Part shown: positions 52,571 through 64,000 of the stretch, in pieces | Numbering within the stretch: the stretch's first letter is position 1 | Layout of the letters: each line of letters starts with the position of its first letter | DNA from: Octopus sinensis | Taxonomy: Eukaryota | Length of the DNA: 64,000 bases | Direction: 5' to 3' | Assembly: GCF_006345805.1 (NCBI RefSeq) | Contig: NW_021833965.1 | Coordinates: 7,674 to 71,673 of the forward strand | Translations under genes and position numbers: made by a program | The notes under the pieces: model-generated | Told to the model about the DNA's origin: nothing | Database searches by the model: none | What the model saw: the letters and a program-made list of their open reading frames with translations, nothing else

Positions 52571-53560
52571 AACGACGACGACGACGACGACAAACTATTG
52601 TCTCTCTAGCTATATCATTACGTGTAGTAGCAGCAGAGTTGATGATGAACATAACAAACGTAGTTAATTTTTTTTATATTACGTCATTCGATGTCTCAGC
52701 TTATCTCATTTTTTTCTGTTGATCCAATCCCACAAATATCGATTTTGTCCCTCTATTCAACCTGGATCGATAAGATAATTATCTGTTACATACCGGATCG
52801 ATTCAATCAATTGGCTGATTCTTTATCCACAAGAAAAGTGTCATGTGTGGAGACAAAATCAAATTGATGGACAGTCTACCTTTATAGCAAAAATAAACAA
52901 ATAATAACAAAAGAACTAAGATGAAGCAGTGACAAAAATATTCATCATTGCGAAGAAAGATATAAAATTATATATTGAACTCCCAATCATGATTGATTCA
53001 ATCGTAATTGAATCATTTCTGTATAAAATACTTCTGTTTTAACTGCATCAAATAATAATAATCACAAAATAGAAATTTTCTGGTAGCGGTTCTGATGATT
53101 CTCAGTCAGTATTTATTGTTTGTTTACTGCAGAGGAATTGGTCTAACCCGAAGACGAAATTTAGAACCCGTAATCTTTTTATTAGGCATTCATGGCCGGT
53201 AGGGAGAATGGAGAAGTTCTCCTCTGAGTTGAGACACGGCCTGAACGGTAGCAGAAGCATGAACAGTTATACTCACCTAACTGCCTTGTGGTGGTGTTGG
53301 ACCCAGATCTAACATTCGATCGTTTTCGATTCAGGGCGCCTATGATAAAATCTTATATTTGTGATCATCCCACCAGTTTCTTCAGATGAGATATCTATGG
53401 CCACAGTATCTGTTATAAATATTTGGTTTCTGAATATTTAGGGAAATGGTTTCATGGAGATCTGGCTATTAAGAATGTCATGATGAGAAAATTTATAACA
53501 GCACCCTTGTTGCTTTTAGAATAATTTTTGCCCATTAAAATACATAAAAGTGAGAATATA

Positions 53561-54113
53561 TTGGGTTGTCCGGAAAGTTCGCGCCGATTTTTAAAGGAAA
53601 GAAAAAGGTCAACAAATTATTGCCATTACATTTTTAATCAACCAAATATGAAACATTTTGTTGCACAATGCATCTCCATCTTTCATTTAACTTGAAAATA
53701 CTCTCTTCCCAGAATTGAGGTGGTTTCATGGCAAAGAATTCATCAAGGTATCATCCAAGGAATTGTAATTTTTACCATTAAGACTATTCTGCACAGCCCT
53801 GAATAAGTGGAAATCCGAAGGAGCAGTATCTGGTGAATATGGAGGGTGGGGTAACACATCCCAGCCGAACTGCAGCAATTTTTGTCTGGTTGCCAAAGCA
53901 TCAAGTGCCAAAAAGGAACTTTCTTATCTTCCATTTTAAAGGGTTACAAAATTAACACAGGTTATTGGAACGTAAACCTTCTTCTTTAAGATAGCTTAAA
54001 CTGTGCTCTAAATGGAGGTGTAGTCAAGTCCTATTTTATGGATTCAACCATGTTCTAAAATAAGTTGAAAGGTAAGCTACTATAAATCGGCGCGAACTTT
54101 CCGGACAACCCAA
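53561..54113 (-). mobile_element. Internally deleted mariner element (553 bp) with perfect 30-bp TIRs
   Basis: TIR ttgggttgtccggaaagttcgcgccgattt (53561-53590; reverse complement at 54084-54113); TA TSD; encodes GWDVLPHPPYSPDTAPSDFHLFR. Confidence 0.95.
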
Positions 54114-56074
54114 TAGAAATGGTATATATAAATGTTTCTTTCAAAATGAAAGTTTGATAATCGTTTCGTTTGCTAGAAATATGTTCCAGACAGTTGTTTA
54201 AAAGAGGAGACAGATATAAATCACAAAATGGAGTCAAGGAAACAAAAAGGTCAAAAAGCGTGGCGACTGGAAGAGGACATTACGCAACAAAATATCTGAG
54301 AATTATGAAATGACAAACTATGGTGTATCAAATTTACAATGTGAGATATATATTTTTATTAGTTGAACATGACAGCTGACAACTTCGCCCAATTTGAATA
54401 GATGCAGTGAGTACAAATTTTATAGTACTGTCACTACTTTAATACTCTGCGTTATTGATATTGCTGTTGATGAGGTGTTGATGCATATTATTTAACATTC
54501 ATATAGTCAGTCTGTATTTCATTGGCCGAGCTGTTTGTGGCGTTTCTGTATCTGGGAGGTTTCGAGTCTGAATACGATGTAATGTGTCGTCTGATACGAA
54601 TGTCTGTGTGTGTGTGTGTGTGTGGTGTGTGTGTGTGTGTGTGTGTTGTGTGTATGAGTGAGTGTGTGTGAGAGTGTGTGAATTTTTGAAAGAGAAACAG
54701 AGAGTGGGAGGGGCGTTTCTTGAAACACCACGATGGCGGTAACATCGGGAATTCATTGGAAAGAAAAAAATACGAGAGAGCACATTTTATTCTGTATTTG
54801 GTGGGTTTTAAAAACGCAAATGATTTTAGTGGAATGAATTTTTCCAGATAACCAACGGTGTTTATTCCTTTACTTGGGAAGAGATCATGAGAACGATATA
54901 TCACCAAAGTCATTCTGATGTCATTACAGTTAAAGGATCGAAATGTAATGCTTTATTTTGTTTGGGGACTTTGTTGTTGCCATTCGTATGCCACTAAAAA
55001 CAGATTTTATCAACATAATTATACATTTAGAAAATTGCAAACACTAAAAACATGTATATAAGTCTTGAAAAGTAACAATATACGCAATATTATTAAAATC
55101 CTACTCTAGATAATACCACACCCACACACGTCCAGATATTGTCGAAATTGACAGACTGTGCGTCTCGTATGCAAAAATAAGGTTCGGTTTTATGTTACTG
55201 TTTTGCGTATGTATTTAAGAGCAGATATTATCAGCATAGCTAAACATTTAAAACTTTGTGCATTTATATTCGAGAAAGGCAAGCAATCTGGAAATGAAAG
55301 ACCAAAACATTGAATAAACACGGAGAATTTATATTTTCTTGCCTAAATAAGCGAAAATATCTCATTAAATGATAAAACAGAGCCATGCAATTGTGAACAA
55401 AGAACGATAATTATTTCCTCTGCTCCCTTCAAAATATATGTCGCGCCTTAGTTATTGACTGCCCAAGAGTGAGGCATAGTATTTCAGGACCACTTTTCAA
55501 GTAAAATAAATACACAGTAATTCATTAATTTTAATTATTTTTCCTTCAGAAAATAAGTTGTTTTCATATCCAATAAAGAATTGTGTTTATTTTTCTTTCA
55601 AAATTACCACATTGAAAGCAATTACGCTATTTCAACAGGGCGGAGGTACACTCTAATGCACTCAGAAACACACGAACATTGTCATAGATTCAGGGACATA
55701 GACGTTGACATCCAGAAGTTGAAAACGAAGACCCACGAAGAAAATGCTCAAAATGAATGATCACTGCAAAGACAGACCTTCTAAATCAAACAGAATATCG
55801 TGGAAACAAACCATGACGTTTAAACCGGTAGACAAGCACACAAACTCATGCACACCTTAGTCCGGATAAGAATGAGTTTAAATGAATCGACATAATTAGA
55901 AACGCGACCAAGGTGGATATCTATGAAGATATACATTAAATAAATTAAATGATCAACAACGAAATACAACAGATTCCTTGGTTATATTTTTTTAAATGAG
56001 GATAGGTGAAATGGAACATATCTTACGTTACTTAAAGGAATATGCTAGGGTGAAACTAACAGTTGTAATATTGA

Positions 56075-56124
56075 CACACACAAACATACATGCATACGTA
56101 CACACACACGCACGCACACACACT

Positions 56125-56162
<38 letters not shown>

Positions 56163-56223
56163 CTATATATACATATATATATATGCGTATATATATATAT
56201 ACATACATACATACATACATACA

Positions 56224-56258
<35 letters not shown>

Positions 56259-56510
56259 TAATACGTATGCATGCATGCACGTATATGTCCACGTATTACC
56301 TACTGTGTTCCAGATAAGCGTTTTTCCAAAGAAACGCACCGTTCCCCTGGTTGTAGCAAGTCCATAGCAGCCTCACGATCGCACTCTCCTTCTCTGTCTC
56401 TCTCGCCCTCTCTTTCTCCCTCTCTTTTTCTCCTTCCTTCTTCCTTATTCTCTTCGCCATTCTCTCTCCCCCTCTCTTCCTCCATTTCTCTCTCCCCCTC
56501 TCTCGGGATC
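56075..56510. repeat. (CA)n, (TA)n, (TACA)n and (CT)-rich tracts
   Basis: Directly visible runs. Confidence 0.85.
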
Positions 56511-57195
56511 ATTTAGCTGATAACAAATACTTTGCAAGCTCTAAAAGATGAGACCCGTGTTTAATGAATAATAGATGACAATGGAGCACGGCACGTTGGG
56601 TGGGTGAGGAGAAAGAGAGAAAATGCCGTATCAATTTGCAATGAAACAAGCCATCTATGTCAGTCATAAAAAAAAAACAGCTGAAAATATACATACACAC
56701 ATAATATATACACTAACACGTATGCCAATAAATAGATAAGCGTGTGTGTGTGTATAGAACGAATGAAGAAATATGTGCAAAGGTGTATACATGAAGTACA
56801 GAAATCTGCTTGAATGTACACACACACACGCAAACACACACACACACAATCACTCACTCACACTTTCACACATGTATATATTCATATGTATACATGTAAA
56901 TACGTAAGACACAGAATCATACATTCTTACATACATACATACACACATACATATGTACGTATGTGTGTGCCTGTTTGCGTGTGTGTATGAGTGCACATAT
57001 ATATATACATATATACATGCTTGTGTGTGTGTGAGTGTGTAAACATACATATATATGTATGTATATACAAAATTTTGTGTGTGTGTCTGCTCGCACGCAT
57101 TTAAAAAAATGGATCGTGTAATTGTGTAAATATATAGAAATATTAACAATTTAAACGCAGCATTCTGTAGACGTGAGGCATTCACACGACAACAG

Positions 57196-57233
<38 letters not shown>

Positions 57234-57327
57234 GCGCGCAAATAACTATACATAAATGTACCAATCAATACTGAGACATTCACAAGCGTATACACAAATA
57301 TTTCAGGCATATAGATGTAAATATATT

Positions 57328-58163
57328 CTTTTCTACTCTAGGCTCCAAGGCCTGAAATTTTAGGGGAAGGGGCCAGTCGATTAGATCGACCCAGTGTGTA
57401 ACTGGTATATATTTAATCGACCCCGAAAAGAAGAAAGGCAAAGTCGACCTCGGCTGAATTTGAACTCAGAACCTAACGACAGATGTAACACCGCTAAGCA
57501 TTTCGCCCAGCGTACTAATGTTTCTTATTTCTTTTTTGCCCGCAAGGGGCTTCACATAGAGGGGACAAAAAAGGACAGAAAAATAGATTAAGTCGATTAT
57601 ATCGACCCCAGTGTGTAACTGGTACTTATTTAATTGACCCCTAAAAGAAGAAAGGCAAAGTCGACCTCGGCTGAAATTGAACTCAGAACCTAACGACATA
57701 TGAAACACAACTATGCATTTCGCCCGGCGTGCTAACGTTTCGTATTTCTTGTACTGCCCACAAGGGGCTACACACAGAGGGGACAAACAAGGACAGACAA
57801 ACGGATTAAGTCAATAATATCGACCGACCCCAGTGCGTAACTGGTACTTAATTTATCGACTCCAAAAGGATGAAAGGCAAAGTCAACTTCGGCGGAATTT
57901 GAACTCAGAGCGTAGAGGCAGACGAAATACTTATTTCTTTACTACCCACAAGGGGCTAAACACAGAGAGAACAAACAAGGACAGACAAACGGATTAAGTC
58001 GATTTTATCGACGCCAGTGCGTAACTGGTACTTATTTATCGACCCCGAAAGGATAAAAGGCAAGGTCAACCTCGGCGGAATTTGAACTCAGAACGTAACG
58101 GCAGACGAAATACGGCTACGTATTTCGCCCGGCATGCTAACGTTTCTGCCAGCTCGCCGCCTT
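57328..58163 (-). mobile_element. SINE family A four-body multimer with candidate 12-bp TSD
   Basis: Four body units with junctions after 57524, 57741 and 57930; tgtaaatatatt at 57316-57327 and 58168-58179. Confidence 0.85.
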
Positions 58164-58260
58164 ATTGTGTAAATATATTAGTACATATATGTTTTATCTT
58201 CCGTTTGTTTTTTTCAATGGACTGCGGCCATGCTGGGGTTCCACTTTGAAGGGTGTAGAC

Positions 58261-58827
58261 CAGAGGTTCTCAAACTTTTTGGGCCATCACCCCATCATGG
58301 CCACATAATGCCCTCAGCGCCCCACTCTTATTTTTATGTATAAATAAATGTTTTAGATTTTACTATTTTATGAATATTATGAAACATTTGGTGGAGGCAC
58401 ATGGCCTAGTGGTTAAGCAGTGGACTCGCGTCGAGAGACCGCGGGTTCGAAACTCATACCGGGTGATGTGTGTGTTTATGAGCGAAACACCTAAGGTCCA
58501 CGCGACTCCAGTAGACGGTAATGGCGAACCTCTGCTGACTCTTTCGCCACAACTTTCTCTCACTCTTTCCCCCTGCATCATGCAGCTCGCTTGCGACGGA
58601 CCGGCGTCCCGTCCAGGTGGGGAACCTATACGCCAAGGAAACCAGGAAACTGGCCCTTATGATATTTAATATAATACTATATAATTTGTATACAATACTA
58701 TAATATTATAATACTACATAGCATCCCTTAATTCACTGCCTTCCTCCCAACGGCTCCTTTTTCTCTTGCCCACCTGGACCGTTTAAACGCCCACCAGGGG
58801 CTGTAGTAACCACTTTGCAAACCTATG
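58261..58827. mobile_element. hAT MITE with perfect 8-bp TSD
   Basis: gtgtagac at 58253-58260 and 58828-58835; TIRs cagaggttctcaaa and tttgcaaacctatg (11/14 match). Confidence 0.85.
58390..58650 (+). mobile_element. Family B SINE nested in the hAT MITE
   Basis: ggcacatggcctagtggttaag...gggttcgaaactc...ccggcgtcccgtccag. Confidence 0.85.
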
Positions 58828-59429
58828 GTGTAGACGAACAAATCGATTCCCGAACTTATTTGTTTTTGTAGTCTGGTACTTAATCTATCAGACTTGTTGC
58901 TTTTGACTTTTTGCTGAACCGCTAAGTTTGGAGACATAAACAAACCAGTACCGATTGTCAAGTGGTAGGAGGGCCAAATACAAAGATATACACATGACTC
59001 ACACACACACACACATATACATATATACTAAATATATATATATATACATATACATATACATATATATGTATGCGTATTTGTATACGACGGGCTTCCACAT
59101 AGTTCGGTTATAAATTCACTCACGCGGCATTTTTCGAACAAGCAACATAGCTGAGGAGACTTACCTAATGTGCCTCGTAGTGGGATCGAACCCGAACGCA
59201 GATAGTCAGAAAGCGCCCACTCAGCTATGACTGCGCTAATATTAAGATTTCATTCGCATTTAAATATAGAGACGGGCGCCATCTTTCCCACGCTTGTAAT
59301 ATTTTGTTATCCAATTGCGTCTCCAAGGTTTATTTCCGTGGATACAAGAGAGACTGGAGACGCCGTGTATCAATGCAAGAGATAAAGCGACGCATTGCAA
59401 TTATGAGGTCATTACGTTAATAAGGCTTC

Positions 59430-59485
59430 GTCTACTACTACTACTACTACTACTACTACGAAATCATCATCATCATCTACATCTG

Positions 59486-59527
<42 letters not shown>

Positions 59528-59898
59528 GTACTACTGCTTCTATTTCTACTACTACATCTACTACCTTACTACTACCACTACTACTACAAAAACTTCATCA
59601 TCATCTATTTATTCTTCTACTGCTTCTACTATTACTACTACTAATGCTACTACTGCTGCTATTACAACTACAACAACAATTACTACTACTATTACTACTG
59701 CTACTATTACAACTACTACTATTACTACTGCTACTGTTACTACTACTACTACCACTGCTATCCCCACTACTACTACTACTACTATTACTACTACTACTGC
59801 TGCTGATACTAACTCCGCTACTACTACTACTACTACTACTACACTACTACTACTGTTGCTGCTGCTGCCACTGCTGCTGTTGGTACTACTGCTGCTAT

Positions 59899-59948
<50 letters not shown>

Positions 59949-59952
59949 TTCC
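59430..59952. repeat. (CTA)n/(CTG)n degenerate microsatellite
   Basis: Directly visible runs. Confidence 0.95.
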
Positions 59953-60519
59953 CCACCGTAGTGGGACTGTTTATTCATTTTTTGTTTATTCATTTATTTC
60001 ACAAAACAATTAATCACCAGCGAATACATGTTTATAACCGTTAATTTTATTAGTATTGGTCTTAACAGTTAGAATATGATTTCTCTTATCAAAACCAATA
60101 ATAATAGACTTATAATGACTTTGATTCCCACCAATTTTACGCTTAAATGTGCCAAAAATAATTTAATATAATGATTGACTCAATTAGCAACATAATCATT
60201 TCTCACGTATTCTTTATTTATATTTACAGGTTGTCATCGACTTATGACCAGAGTTGGTTCCGACGGACTGGTCGTAAGTCAATTTGGTCGTAAGTAGATT
60301 TGGTCGTAAGTGGATTTGATCGTAAGTCGATTTGGTCCTAAGTCGGGCTATAGGTCTACATAGCTTTCTTTTATATTTTTACATTCTTAAGACACATTCG
60401 CAGGTAAAAGTCACACAGCATTCTGTATTATACTATTATACCGACGTTTGTAAAAGATTTCAGTCTCAAATAGTCGTCTTATGAACAAATACAAGGTTAT
60501 AGTTCTATATTTAAGAGAT

Positions 60520-60698
60520 GAGAAATTATTCACATTATTTACATTAGATACATTTGACGGATATTTGTTCTCATCTTGTTTGTTGTTAACGTTTCGGCTG
60601 ATATACCCTCCGGCCTTCATCAGGTGTCTTGGGAAATTTCTAACCTGGGTTCACATTCCTAAGGTATATTTCGATGTTATTATTATTATCATTATTTA

Positions 60699-60742
<44 letters not shown>

Positions 60743-60903
60743 GTTGTTGTTGTTGTTGTTGTTGTTATTATTATTGTTATTATTATTATCATTATCATTA
60801 TTATTATTATATTATTATTATTATTATTTAGGTCACTGCCTGGAATCGAACTCGGAATCTCGGGGTTAGTAGCCCGCGTTCTTAACCACTACGTCATATG
60901 CCC
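60520..60903 (-). mobile_element. Composite element: tRNA-like head + (AAT)n + hammerhead-bearing tail
   Basis: Minus strand gggcatatgacgtagtggttaag...gagttcgattccagg...gtgacc (A and B boxes), then (AAT)n/(AAC)n, then gacac-CTGATGA-a-ggc..gcc-GAAAC-GTT. Confidence 0.65.
60583..60628 (-). ncRNA. Minimal type I hammerhead motif, apparently disabled by loss of the stem I 3' strand
   Basis: CUGAUGA at 60623-60617, GAAAC at 60595-60591, then GUU; the GUGUU partner of GACAC is absent here but present in the inverted fragment at 60946-60959. Confidence 0.65.
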
Positions 60904-62011
60904 GTAGGAATTATTTTCATTTGACGGATATTCAAATGTATCCATCGAAACGTTGTGTTAAAACAAACGAGATGAGGAAAAATGTCCGTCAAATATAAAT
61001 AATATAAAACAATGTAAACAAATACGAGGTTACTTCGATGTCTCCGCGAGAAGATGTTCATCAACATTTGGGATAACCACAGTGGCGATCGATAACCTAA
61101 CCTAATGGTAACGTTTGTTAGCTGACATCATCTGTAGACGGGTTAATTTCTAAGAAATTAAACTCATTAGATTTCAACTGGATTATTTATTATTACTGCC
61201 GGGAACGGGCGAGTCAATTGTCGTAAAGTCGATCGGTCATAATTTGGATAGGTCGTAAGTCGGATAGGTCGTAAGTCGGATAAGTCGTAAGTCGACGATG
61301 ACCTGTATTGCTATTTTTATTTATGCTCTAAATTCGTCCGCTGTATCAACCAACCGTCTTTGGCTACCATATTTTCCATATCGTTAAATATACAACTCTA
61401 GATCACTCAATAAATATTGATGGCAGTTTTATATTTTTGAAGTTTTTTTGTTGTTTGTTTTTTACCTTTCAATGTTCTTCATCCGCTGAAGTCAATTTTT
61501 CCTTTTCCTCCTTTCGGGATCGATACTTCTTCAACCCTGAGATCAATGTAGTCGACTTACTCTGCTCCTCGAAATTACTGGCCACTTGATGATGATCGTT
61601 ATTTTGAATAACGGTCTTACCCTTATTTATATAAAAATTAATATATATTCACTTCGTCACTATATTCACTGCGGCGTTATTTTCCCCATATAGCACGTGG
61701 TATTTAGACGGGCAATTAATCCGGTTGTGTATTTGCAAGCATTCGCATGTTGCATGTATATATATTTGTATTTATATGCTACATCATGGTTTGTCTCACT
61801 GAAGAGGCAAAATACATTTTTATACAGAGCCACAAACCCAGGATCTGGGATTATTCCGTATTTTGCTATTTTATTTGTCTGTTTGCCTCTTCAGCTTGTG
61901 CTGTATGTATTTGGCTGCCATCTCTAGTATGGTGGTATCTTGGATATCCTCAATTATAATTTTATATATGTATATATTATGTATGTCTGTATATATATAT
62001 ATTTATGTATG

Positions 62012-62047
<36 letters not shown>

Positions 62048-62124
62048 ATATATATTATACATAGATAAGTAGATAGATAGATAGATAGATATAGATATAT
62101 AAGTATATATATATATATATATAT

Positions 62125-62308
62125 TTTATTTAACTACCCACAAGGGGCTAAACACAGAGAGGACAAACAAGGATAGACAACGGATTAAGTCGATGACATC
62201 GACCCCAGTGCGTAACTGGTACTTATTTATCGACCCCGAAGGATGAAAGCTAAAGTCGACCTCGGCGGAATTTGAACTAAGAACGTAACGGCAGACGAAA
62301 ACCGGCCA
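62125..62308 (-). mobile_element. SINE family A unit (tail type 1), 5'-truncated, between (TA)n tracts
   Basis: ctacccacaaggggctaaacacagag...ggcagacgaaa. Confidence 0.85.
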
Positions 62309-62320
62309 TGTATGTATGTA

Positions 62321-62359
<39 letters not shown>

Positions 62360-62427
62360 TAATATATATATACATAAATGAAATATATATATATATATAT
62401 ATATATATAATACATAAATGAAATATA

Positions 62428-62459
<32 letters not shown>

Positions 62460-62477
62460 GTATTATATATGTATGTA

Positions 62478-62516
<39 letters not shown>

Positions 62517-63038
62517 AATGAAATATATATGTGAAATATATGTATAAAGATATGTGTGTGTATGTATGTGTGTATTATGTATGTATGTATGTATGTACGT
62601 ACGTATATAAAGCAATAAATAATAGTTAGGAATATTGGATAGAAAACCCTCTTGGACAAAAAATTTATAAATTCTTACCACGCCATCAACATACAATTAT
62701 CGCGTGTAAGAATAAAGTGTGTAAAATAGAGAAACTCGGAATGTTTTTTGCAGAATAGCAGAACACCTATCATGCCTACAGGTGTCCAGGCGCAGCCGTC
62801 TATTTCGTTTTCTGTCTCAGAGAGATAAATATCTATTTAAATACACAACCGAAAGAGCTATACTTGTACAGTTTTAAGATTCATGGCGCTTTTTTTTTTA
62901 TAAATATGCCAGTTCAAGTATCATAGAAGCATGTAACTATTAGTAGCTCTTTCGGTTCGGTATTTAAATTTATATATATTATGTATATATTTATATACTA
63001 TATATATGTGTGTGTGGTGTGTGGTGTGTGTGGTGTGT

Positions 63039-63072
<34 letters not shown>

Positions 63073-63409
63073 TGTGTGTATGTGTGTGTGTGTGTAAAAT
63101 ATATCAGGTAGCGATGTTTTTTTTAGAAATTTCACTACCAGTAGACTAGCATGTATAAAAAGTCAATAGACAACATATTCTACATATAAAATTAGTGTAC
63201 ATTTAAACACAAAGAGGCGACCCTAAACAGGCAGCCTTACACGGTAGAAGGAGCAGTCAAAACGACCAAAACTACATTTAAGAGCAATTTCGAAATACAA
63301 CAATATCTGTTTCAACACATGAATTCGCATCAAGAATCTTGCGAAACGAATATATAAACGGAAAAATAAAATCTTTTACCTTAATGTGGTTTTGGTCGTT
63401 TTGTCTGCT

Positions 63410-63492
<83 letters not shown>

Positions 63493-63585
63493 ATATGTAT
63501 ATATGTATATATATATATACATATGCATATATATGTGTATGTGTGTGTGTGTCTACTCCAATATATATATAGATAAATACATACA

Positions 63586-63616
<31 letters not shown>

Positions 63617-63659
63617 GTATGTGTGTGTGTGTGTAATTCAGATTTACAGAAAAAAGGTG

Positions 63660-63760
63660 TATGATCAACGAGCAAGTGTATTAGTTTGACGCTCGGTCAA
63701 AATGGAAAATTGTTTTACTTTTCGAGCCTACGCTCTTCGAGAGAAAGGATTGAAAATGTA
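63660..63760 (-). mobile_element. Short repeat with hammerhead-like motif, same family as 47165
   Basis: Minus strand ccttt-CTCTCGA-a-gagc-gtag-gctc-GAAAa-GTA-aaac...ccgagcgtcaaactaatacac. Confidence 0.55.
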
Positions 63761-63867
63761 AAAGAAATAATAATAGAGAGAGAATGAAAGAAAAAACAGT
63801 GAGAAAATAATCTGCAGAGTTTAACGCTCCAAGCGAGATGACTGGAAAAAAGAGGCTGAATGAAAGG

Positions 63868-63873
63868 GAGATG

Positions 63874-63925
<52 letters not shown>

Positions 63926-63982
63926 TAATAGTAATAATAATAATAATAACGACGACGACAACGACGATGACGATGATGATGA
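63868..63982. repeat. (AAT)n/(GAC)n/(GAT)n microsatellite
   Basis: Directly visible runs. Confidence 0.95.
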
Positions 63983-64000
63983 TATATCTTCATACGGAGA

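Larger units (their letters stand above)
58205..59240 (-). mobile_element. Family C SINE split by a nested hAT MITE
   Basis: Tail gactgcggccatgctgg..gaagggtgtagac resumes as gaacaaatcga at 58836; head gtgggatcgaacc near 59180. Confidence 0.7.
60227..61305. mobile_element. pogo/Tigger-like (Tc1-mariner superfamily) non-autonomous element with 16-bp-period subterminal arrays
   Basis: TA|caggttgtcatcgacttatgacc...ggtcgtaagtcgacgatgacctg|TA (TIRs differ by 4 transitions); five ggtcgtaagtc-like motifs near each end. Confidence 0.8.

Noticed and set aside
60270-60344. CRISPR-like repeat-spacer array
   Set aside because: 16-bp period with only ~5-nt linkers, inside a TIR element, eukaryotic context and no cas genes.
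60831-60903. Functional tRNA gene
   Set aside because: Acceptor and anticodon stems are mispaired; only the A and B boxes are retained, as in a SINE head.

Overview
AT-rich, repeat-saturated animal genomic DNA with no intact protein-coding gene. The repeat landscape (tRNA-derived SINEs with internal microsatellites, RLE-type LINE fragments in (AAT)n, mariner/hAT MITEs, abundant (TA)n, (CA)n, (AAT)n, (GAT)n, (TAGA)n) resembles an Octopus (coleoid cephalopod) intron or intergenic region; this species call is from memory, not a search. Nearly all listed ORFs are microsatellite read-throughs, and the recognisable peptide fragments are decayed transposon proteins (R4/Dong-like RT-RLE, RTE, mariner). 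The main signal is RNA-level. At 6.6-8.7 kb one (TA)n tract is split by two unrelated, divergently oriented tandem arrays (~357-bp and ~498-bp units), each unit carrying a type I hammerhead ribozyme (retrozyme / Penelope-like). The minus-strand hammerhead has a compensatory U3-A8 core. At 60.5-60.9 kb a tRNA-like Pol III head is joined through (AAT)n to another hammerhead. Three TSD-bounded 2-, 3- and 4-body SINE multimers with recurrent junctions are also present.
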